The translations under genes and the position numbers were made by a program. Under the pieces are notes generated by a model. The model saw only the letters and a program-made list of their open reading frames with translations. It did no database searches and was not told the DNA's origin. DNA of 62,204 nucleotides, filler included, from Squatina squatina (Eukaryota): assembly GCA_031763465.1 (NCBI GenBank). It is 3 parts of 2 records of this genome, joined end to end, with 100 filler letters (N's around TTAATTAATTAA, not from the genome) between each part and the next. Parts side by side here need not be neighbours in the genome. Positions count along the whole stretch, not along the records: positions 47,485 to 62,204 come from JARFOE010000001.1; 2 more parts are not named here. One strand, 5' to 3'. This document shows, in pieces, positions 53,588-62,204 of the stretch (positions are counted from its first letter, which is position 1; every line of letters starts with the position of its first letter).

Positions 53588-53868
53588 NNNNNNNNNNNNN
53601 NNNNNNNNNNNNNNNNNNNNNNNNNNNNNNNNNNNNNNNNNNNNNNNNNNNNNNNNNNNNNNNNNNNNNNNNNNNNNNNNNNNNNNNTGTGTGTGTGTCT
53701 CTCTCTCTCTCTCTAGCGCTATTTGCCACTTTTACATGTAAACATCTGAAAACAACCTTAAGGCACTTTTTCCATTGGATCCTGACCTTCAATTCATATT
53801 GCCTCTATTCAAAGGGAATTTATGCCATAATTGTTTAACTTTCAGCTTCTATGCAAATCAGCCCTTAC

Positions 53869-53947
53869 CTTATAGACACATCTTCATTTATATAATAAAT
53901 TTCACGAAACATGACCTTTCCAGACAGCACAGAGAATGAAAATGAAC
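53869..53947 (-). CDS. BLTP1: BLTP1/KIAA1109 coding exon
   Basis: (G)SFSFSVLSGKVMFREIYYINEDVSI(R), bounded by cag and gtaag. Confidence 0.92.
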
Positions 53948-54359
53948 CTGTTGGAAAGGTAGACAATTAATTAGTTTGTCTGATACAGTATCAAAAGGCT
54001 TGTTAAACAGAATATGAAGAAACAAGATTTAATTGATCATCTGTGCTCACAGGTAATATGGCTCAAATTTAAATAACTTTGTGCTCAACTGATAACATTT
54101 TTCACATTTTATATTTCTGTTGTGTACTGTTTCACAACTGTAAGTTGATTGGAAGCCAGGAAATCTTTTACATAAATACATATTCTTAAAAAAATGTTTT
54201 CTTTTGAACTTTAATAGAATGGCAGAGAAACAGAATGCTTCCAATGAAAAAAAATTAATTTGTCCTGACTCAGGGACAGAGCAAAAGAAATATTTATATG
54301 TTTTCTGAATAAATTCTCAAACTGCCCGTGTAGGTGATAAACTAATGAATAAAACTTAC

Positions 54360-54476
54360 CAATGTGGACATATCCATTTTTATAGAGTCTGTTGAGAACC
54401 AGAGTCAGTATCAGCCCTAAATTACGGGAATTGTAGTAAGTCAGATAAATGATCCATCCAGATGATAAGATTGTAG
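54360..54476 (-). CDS. BLTP1: BLTP1/KIAA1109 N-terminal (membrane-anchor region) exon
   Basis: (A)TILSSGWIIYLTYYNSRNLGLILTLVLNRLYKNGYVHI(G), bounded by cag and gtaag. Confidence 0.93.
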
Positions 54477-54629
54477 CTGTAAAGAAAGAACTTGCATTTA
54501 TGTAGTGTTTATGACATCACTCAAAATGCNNNNNNNNNNNNNNNNNNNNNNNNNNNNNNNNNNNNNNNNNNNNNNNNNNNNNNNNNNNNNNNNNNNNNNN
54601 NNNNNNNNNNNNNNNNNNNNNNNNNNNNN

Positions 54630-54705
54630 TCCAGCATTTTCCCCACTACCGATGTTAGGCTAACTGGTCTATAATTCCCTGTTTTCTCTCTCCCTCCCTT
54701 TTTAA
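54630..54705 (-). mobile_element. CR1 ORF2 fragment
   Basis: Encodes FKKGGREKTGNYRPVSLTSVVGKML. Confidence 0.85.
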
Positions 54706-55440
54706 AGCAGCAATTCTTCCTAATTCGGCAGATTGCAGGTTTCATTATTTGGATGATATAGCCTATATTTATGATGCCATTCATAGCTTGACCTTCAGAG
54801 AAAACCAGATACATTCCTGTTTTGATGGATGCTATTATATTACCATTTATAACAAATCTTCCAAGAACACAATAATGGAAAAGCCTTCCTTCATCATTAA
54901 TTTAACATATTACTGTTTCTTCTCTGTACTAACAATAGTAAATAGTATTTATCTTCAACAAACAGTTGTTTGTTATAAATGAGGGCTGATGTTTATTATT
55001 ATGGGCGTTTTTTTGCCTATTACCATTCATTTGCACTGTGAACAGTACCACTATGTTGAACATTGCGTGATGACTGCAGAGTCAACAGAAGATTTACAAT
55101 AAAGGTCTGTTTTTTCAAGCTCCAGTGATGTGGAAGCTTGTTGAAGGTAGATTTGGGGCAAAAAAAATTAAACCCCTGACTGCACATGTAATAAGCTACC
55201 AAACTGCCAGTTGGAGGTGCTGAGATTCAGCAGCACCCGTTAGTTTCTCTGCAACTCAGTCTCGGTAGGCACCAAACCCTGGAGATATGAGCTCATGCTC
55301 ACTTTTCTTTCAGCAGATGTTGCAACAATTGCATAGTTTTTTCATGAGCTTTTTGTTGGATATCTGCTTTGAATATGATGACCTATGCAGGTAAACTTGC
55401 AATGTTCATTGCTCGATACCAGGCTTACTCGTTAATTCAT

Positions 55441-55646
55441 AAGAACATAAGAAATAGGAGCAGGAGTAGGCCATTTGGCACCTCGAGCCTGCTCCGCTAT
55501 TCAATAAGATCATGGCTGATCTTCTACCTCAATGCCATTTTCCTGCACTATCCTCATATCCCTTGATGCCTTTAATGTCTAGAAATCTATCAATCTCTGT
55601 TTTGAATGTACTCAATGACTGAGCCTCCACAGCCCTCTGGGGTAGA
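55441..55646 (-). mobile_element. CR1-type 3' end (related end at 19739-19820)
   Basis: The tail aagaacataagaaataggagcaggagtaggccatttggc is shared with the 19739 copy. Confidence 0.8.
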
Positions 55647-55746
55647 NNNNNNNNNNNNNNNNNNNNNNNNNNNNNNNNNNNNNNNNNNNNNNNNNNNNNN
55701 NNNNNNNNNNNNNNNNNNNNNNNNNNNNNNNNNNNNNNNNNNNNNN

Positions 55747-57257
55747 GGGAAGAAGGTCAAAGGCTGTACCTCAGTTCAGTGACTCATCCCTGGATGTGCT
55801 GCTGTGGGCTGTGAGGACCTGGAGGGATGTACTGTTCCCTAGCGATGGGAGGAAGAAGCTGGTTACAGCTGATGTGCATATCACCCCAAAGCTCTCAACT
55901 GCCTTCTCAAGCCTTCTCCAGCTCATCACTCCTCACACCAAATTAGCTTGCAGTTACATCCATCCCTCTCTGTCTATGCACTTCCTCACATCCCCATCTG
56001 TCCACCCACCACTGACGCTCACCCTCATCCTTATGAAATGTCATACCTCTCTCTCATAGTCACCCTCAACAAATGCTATCCATCCATCTGTTCAACACAT
56101 GCCATAACTCTCACTCATAGGTCTCTTTCCCTCCTTACAGGAGAAGAGAGCACTGAACACGATTGAGAGGCAGAGAACTGGAGGTGGCCCTCCACAGGTC
56201 TCACAGCTAACAAGTGCAGAGGAGGAGGCATTGGAAATCTGTGGAGTTTCGGCGTGCCTGGCCATTGGAGATGGGGACCTCCCTGCTACCTGGTAACATA
56301 TTGAATATCAGACAGCCACATGGCATACAACACTTAATCATGTTGACTTGATGCCAACAGCGAGTGAAATATGATCACGTGCATTACGATAACTTCAAAC
56401 CTTCTTACCTCCTTCTTACCTTGGCCGTACTCATTCATGTCATTTATCTCCCACAGGCCTTTGTGCATCCCACCGGAGGTAGTCAAGATCGTCCTTGCCA
56501 CCGCCACCTCAGACTTCTCAGAGGAGCACAATCCCGCCGAGTGTGCACCATCACAGGACTCATTCAGGCCACGCACCACCTCAGATGCTCACACTTCGGT
56601 GGGACCAGTAAGACAGATTTTCACCTGGTAACTCACACTTCACAAGTGAGCAAGAGCAGATGGTGGGGACAGGGACAGCAGTGGAGATTCCACGTCAGAG
56701 GATGCAGGACACTCAAAGCTCTGCTCAGCTGGATGCAGATACTGTATCTTGGGGGCTGTTGACAAAGAGGATACATCTGGAACAGCAGAGAATGTGTGAT
56801 GTACTAGTGGCACTCCAGCCACACTGTGCATGCTTCCAAAGAATCCGAATCCGTCTCAAGCATGAGTGGCATGATGTGGCAGGGCCTTGCAATGATGCCC
56901 TTGTCCATGGAAAGAGTGGTGACCTGCAGGAAGCATCAAACGTGGCAATCACATGAGTGCATGCAGGCACTCAGCAATGGCTTGCACACTATGAATGCCG
57001 CATTAAATAGGATAACTGATGACCTAGCCCTGGCCATTCAATGGTCTAATGATTGGCAGCAAAGTGCTCTCCTGCTCATTGCTAGAAGGGGAGTACAGCT
57101 GGGCCTTGAGAGGAATGATGGTGACATGGAAGTGGGGACTCTGTACAAAGGACTTCCACATCTCATGCATTGCCCCCTCCCCTCCACAATCAGTACACCA
57201 CATGCACCACCAGATCTGTCCAAGTGCCTGAAGCGCATCTTCAGCATGCTGGTGGCT
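55747..57257 (+). mobile_element. Harbinger-type spliced Myb/SANT-like gene relic (three exon remnants)
   Basis: Exon A reads RSKAVPQFSDSSLDVLLWAVRTWRDVLFPSDGRK. Exon B (56141-56292) reads EKRALNTIERQRTGGGPPQVSQLTSAEEEALEICG. Exon C starts at 56457 in phase, then shows a stop and frameshifts. Confidence 0.75.
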
Positions 57258-58580
57258 NNNNNNNNNNNNNNNNNNNNNNNNNNNNNNNNNNNNNNNNNNN
57301 NNNNNNNNNNNNNNNNNNNNNNNNNNNNNNNNNNNNNNNNNNNNNNNNNNNNNNNNNTATTGAGAAATCTCCTAATTCTGCAATCTTAAATCCCAATCCA
57401 CAAAGGAAAATATTTACCATGATTGTGATTTCTGATTAGCGTAGTTCGGATTGTGTCTGATCATTGGCATGCACTGTTTGTGACCTCGGATTTATTCTTG
57501 TCATTATTGTACAAGCAGGAGTCCACTCTGCTGCACTCACACCCCCTATTGCGAAAACACAAACGCACATAACAAGTGACTGGTCTCTTGAAATTTAAAC
57601 GAATATTCTGACAGCGATTGATGCTCTAATAATTATTTCGTGCCCTTCTCTTTCGCAGGCACCGCGATCATTCAATAACCGAGTGTTTGGCGGTGCCCCG
57701 TGGTTTCTTTCAATGTAATCCTTCCACACTCTCTACCCTGAGCGGGGACTGATCCATCTGCTGTCTCGCTCTAATGTTTAACTGCGATGTACTGGCCATT
57801 TCCACTTCACGTAATCAGATTTTGCACAGCTAATATCCATTTCTGGTGATTGATCCTAAACTTCTCACCATCCTCACCAGCGACTGTTCGCCCACTAACC
57901 TCAATGCCCCTTGTCTGTGTGTCTCCGGAATGGTGACCCTTTGCCGTGAATTGAGACTTATTCTTCTGTACCCCATGTTTGATCTTCCGCTTCTCTCAGA
58001 TGCCTCCCTCTGCTACGATCACAGGGTGTCAAAATCCCGAGTTTACTGTACTTTGATGGCAATGTTGATTCTGTGAGCAGGCAACTCACTGTGACTGTAT
58101 TTCTGACCCATCTGATTTCACCTGTGAGAGGTGTTCCGTTTGTCTATTGTGTCAGCTAGCTTTTCTTTGTGTGTGGTGGGTTGGTGACTCTCTGGTCCTT
58201 TGCCGTTGATGAGCATCACTGCCTCTCTCAAGCAGCTCTCAGGGAGGAGGGGGTTGGGAAGTACGGGAGTAGGTTGGTCAGTGTCACTGTGACTCTTCCC
58301 TGGTGAATCTGCGCCAGTCCCACCAGCAGTTTATCGAGCACAAGGCGAAATCTCGCTGCAGCAGGGGAATATCAGCCACTCAAACGTGATTAATTCTACT
58401 TTCTATACATATATATATATATCGGTGTGAACAACTCGTCAGCCTGAATGTCAGAGGAAGGTAGAAGGTGTCAGGATCAGACAAGAGTGTCCTTTTACGA
58501 AGAAGAAAACCGGCGGGACTGGAAAGAGGAGAATGGGGATTTGGGTTCACACTATTACCGCCCAGTAACAGAGGACAGCA

Positions 58581-58605
58581 ATGCCGCTGGATACCCCTAC
58601 ACCAT
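58581..58605 (+). CDS. Candidate first coding segment of TRPC3 (MPLDTPTP), at the end of a long putative 5' UTR exon starting near 57659
   Basis: ATG in a gcaATG context, followed by a strong gtaagt donor at 58606. A good acceptor (cccttctctttcgcag) ends at 57658. It lies upstream of the TRPC3 exon on the same strand. No homology recognised. Confidence 0.3.
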
Positions 58606-59227
58606 GTAAGTACTTGTATTCGTTGCTCTGAATAATTACTTCATTTAATTTAGCCATTGCGTGAATGATGTTACTTAATGAAACTGCAATTAAGCAAATG
58701 ATCGTAAAGGCAGATTAACCGCCTCAGAAGTCTTAAGATATTTCGATTAAATTTTGCCGCAGAATGGTGTCTCACTTTTAATCAAACGCAATGCAACTTT
58801 TGTCGGCTGTTTGAAATAAATGACATGGGGATTGCTGAAACTTAAAATGTGTCCTGGGCATCTGACAGGAGATTGGGCGGGAGTGTCTCCACATGAACGC
58901 GGTTCAGAAAAATTGACACTCTAGCAGTAAAATAGCAAAGAGGTTCGAATTAGATGATTTAACTTTTAATTATTCTCAACTCTTATCTGACTGTTAAAAC
59001 CCTCGAGTGGAAGATAGCAGATTGTAAACCATTTCTGATGCACACGGAGAACTACGAAAACACATATTAAAATCCTGATGTTACTTTCGAAATTAATAGT
59101 TTTAAGAATCTCAGAAGTAGACGCATTNNNNNNNNNNNNNNNNNNNNNNNNNNNNNNNNNNNNNNNNNNNNNNNNNNNNNNNNNNNNNNNNNNNNNNNNN
59201 NNNNNNNNNNNNNNNNNNNNNNNNNNN

Positions 59228-59413
<186 letters not shown>

Positions 59414-59434
59414 TAAATATATATCTAAATAGGT

Positions 59435-60015
59435 AACAGTGTGGGAATTATGATGAATCTGTATAAAACACTGGTTCGGCCCCAACTGGGATACTGTGTC
59501 CAATTCTGGGCAGCACACTTTAGGAAGGACGTGAAGGCCTTAGAGAAGGTGCAGAAAAGACTTACGAGAATGATTCCAGGAATGAGGGACTTCAGTTACG
59601 TTAATAGACTGGAGAAGCTGGGATTGTTCTCCTTGGAGCAGAGCAGATTGAGAGGAGATTTAATAGAGGTGTTCAAAATCATGAGGGGTGTAGACATAGT
59701 AGATAATGAGAAACTGTCCCCATTGGGAACCAGAGGACAGAGGTTTAAGGTGATTGACAAAAGAACGAAAGGCGATGTATGAAAAAACTTTTTTACGCAG
59801 TGAATGGTTGGGATCTGGATTGCATTGCCTAAAAGGATGGTGGAGGTAGACGCAATCTTATCTTTCAAAAGGGAGTTGGATAAGTATCTGAAGGAAAAAA
59901 AATTGCAGGGCTGCAGGGAAAGGACAGGGGAGTGGGNNNNNNNNNNGAGTGGGACTGGCTGAGAGTCGATGGGTCGAATGGCCTTCTTCCATGCTGGAAC
60001 CATTCTATGGTTTTA
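59435..60015 (+). mobile_element. CR1-clade LINE 3' fragment in a TRPC3 intron
   Basis: Encodes LYKTLVRPQLGYCVQFWAAHFRKDVKALEKVQKRLTRMIPG...RLRGDLIEVFKIM, with tail cattctatg. Confidence 0.92.
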
Positions 60016-62204
60016 TGATCCTGTGATTCTATTTTACTTTAATTTTATAAAAACTGCATAGATTAACTTAAAGAACAGGAATATTGAGATCCCTTGGACT
60101 GCCAATAGGTCTTGGAAAATTACAGTCTCCCTGGAGCAGTTTTTCTGATCTTTCACCTGATGCATTGTGATGTTGAAACAGGCTGTAATATACTGCCATT
60201 GTCTGGGTTAATGCAAAGTGAATTTGTGCATAAATCAACATGAAAGTGACTGCATAACTGGGATGTCATGTCCTGATCCGAACACAGCTGCATATGAAAG
60301 CCATCATTATTAAAACACACCACAAAGAGGCCAACTCACACCAGCCTACCTTTGCANNNNNNNNNNNNNNNNNNNNNNNNNNNNNNNNNNNNNNNNNNNN
60401 NNNNNNNNNNNNNNNNNNNNNNNNNNNNNNNNNNNNNNNNNNNNNNNNNNNNNNNNCATTTTGATTATTTCAAGTGTGATTTACATTTCCTACAAAATAC
60501 AGACACATACTCGACAAAAGGCTTTTATTTATCTAGGTGTATGTTTTATTGATGTTCAGGAGTTTGAAGTCAGGCTTTACGGAGCATTGTCCTATCTTCA
60601 AGCCTGTGTAGATTTCCTCTTTCAGTTTTTCTCGGTGATACCAGATGTGAGGGCGATCAACATTTCTAAATTTATTTTCTTACCTTTTTATCAGTTTTGT
60701 GTTACAGTTGAGTCATGTTCTCGCACATTCTTAGCAGGAGCGTGGAGACAATTGAATTACATAATACATAGGGATGACAACAATGATGGATAAAATTATA
60801 ATAAGCTATTAACACTGTAACTACACCTATTCAGTGCCATTGGGCTCTCATTAGGATGTTAAAGCCTCTCCATTATCTTTTTTCTAGCTTAAAAACAAGA
60901 AAATTGAGTTGGTAAAGGGTCCACACAACGTGACATCATCGGTGAGCGTTAACATTTTTTTGAAGTTATGTTATATTTTTTCTCCATCCCCTCTTTTAGG
61001 TCACTCCATGCCATAATCCATAATCCAAGTGAAAGGGTAGACAAATGTTCTAGTCCCAGACCCCTGACTAACTGACTGCATGCCCTTCAATCTCTCTTAC
61101 TTCCATATAAATTGACTTGAATTGACTGGACTCAGCACCTCCCACAACAATATGACCGAGATCAGGAGCTCATCTTGCAGAGAGTCATATTTTATTGTGA
61201 TGTGTTTGAAATAATTTACTCTTACATAATTTTAAAAAGTGGAAGTAACATTAGTAAAAACATTCTACGGCACAATTCGGTTGCTGTCTTGTGTGGCTGT
61301 TGTACAGATGCAGGAAACATCCTAATGACAAAGTCACTTTGGGAAAATAGTCTGGGTTGCTCAGGGAAAAGGTAGGGAGGGAATTTGGATCTTTAAGATG
61401 GTACAACATTTAAAAAACAGCAAAGGGTCAGGGGCGGGCGGAATGGGTTGTTGAAGCACTGTTCTGTTGCTACACCACGGTTATATGTTACGCTAGATTT
61501 TTTTGTCCATTCTTTTCTTTCTTTCTGGCCTTCTCAAGCCACACTGCCCTATCGGTCAATGGGAAGTTTGGATGAGCTGCTCCCAGGCTTCTGTCAATGC
61601 ATGACAGTCAGGCACTGGCATGTGTAGATGTGAGCAGTGTCAGAGTGCCTCTCCTTCTCTCCATGGGAAGGCAGCTTGCCTCAGGCCTCCCTCAGTCATC
61701 AAGGGGCAAAACAGACATAAGTGAGCAGGGGAGTACGGGGGATAGAAAAGGGGGCTCACAGGAGGAAACAAGTGCCCCCACCCCCTCCTTCCCGCCCCTC
61801 TGAGAATACTTCATGCACAATTATAGCAAAACACAAGAAAACTGCATCTGAAGGAATCTCAGTGATAAGAGCTACGGTCACTAAACAAGCTGGACCACCA
61901 CCAATGGATTAAAATAGATTGGAAAACAGCAAACTGAAGATGGAAACTAACCAAACACTCACTGAAAGGCCAGTTAGTCAAATTAAGATGTACGGACTCC
62001 CAGCTTAAATGTTAATTTTTTTTTAAACTATTGCTGTTAAACAGGAGAGCATGAATATGTGTCATTCATACATGCCTAGAATGCCATTGCATGCTGCCCA
62101 TGGATCATTAACACTAATAAAAAGCTTAACTGCACTAAGAAAACTTCCTTTCTCTAAGCTTATATAATTAAAGGTTGACGACCATTGTGAGATTGCTTGT
62201 AGCT

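Noticed and set aside
53711-53781. Possible missing BLTP1 exon (RIQWKKCLKVVFR resembles RIQDGFIIFR)
   Set aside because: There is no polypyrimidine tract, the similarity is weak next to the highly conserved neighbouring exons, and it runs into a microsatellite. The real exon is probably in a gap.

Overview
This is vertebrate genomic DNA, most likely from a cartilaginous fish (shark-type CR1/L2 LINEs, DeuSINE/SacSINE1-like copies, many PIF/Harbinger elements). It is not one locus. Two artificial 100-nt linkers (N44-TTAATTAATTAA-N44 at 23970-24069 and 47385-47484) join three unrelated, heavily gapped scaffolds. Scaffold 1 (1-23969) has 3' exons of ABLIM2, the first coding exon of AFAP1, and unexpected antisense MTFR-family exons carrying an in-frame TGA. 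Scaffold 2 (24070-47384) has the last two MKRN1 exons, TMEM121B, the IL17RA SEFIR exon and four C-terminal CACNA1C exons. Scaffold 3 (47485-62204) has six N-terminal BLTP1/KIAA1109 exons, head-to-head with TRPC3. Many exons are missing at nominal 100-N gaps, so intergenic distances are unreliable. I see no convincing wholly new biological system. The best leads are the out-of-place MTFR-like gene, a multi-part Harbinger family (intron-containing Myb/SANT genes, a transposase relic and many GGG-N3-GAAATT-type termini), a repeat-borne 29-bp hairpin, a 43-bp minisatellite with an 8-mer higher-order repeat, and a splice-motif tandem repeat in a CACNA1C intron. All gene names rest on my recall of vertebrate protein sequences and synteny, not on a database search.
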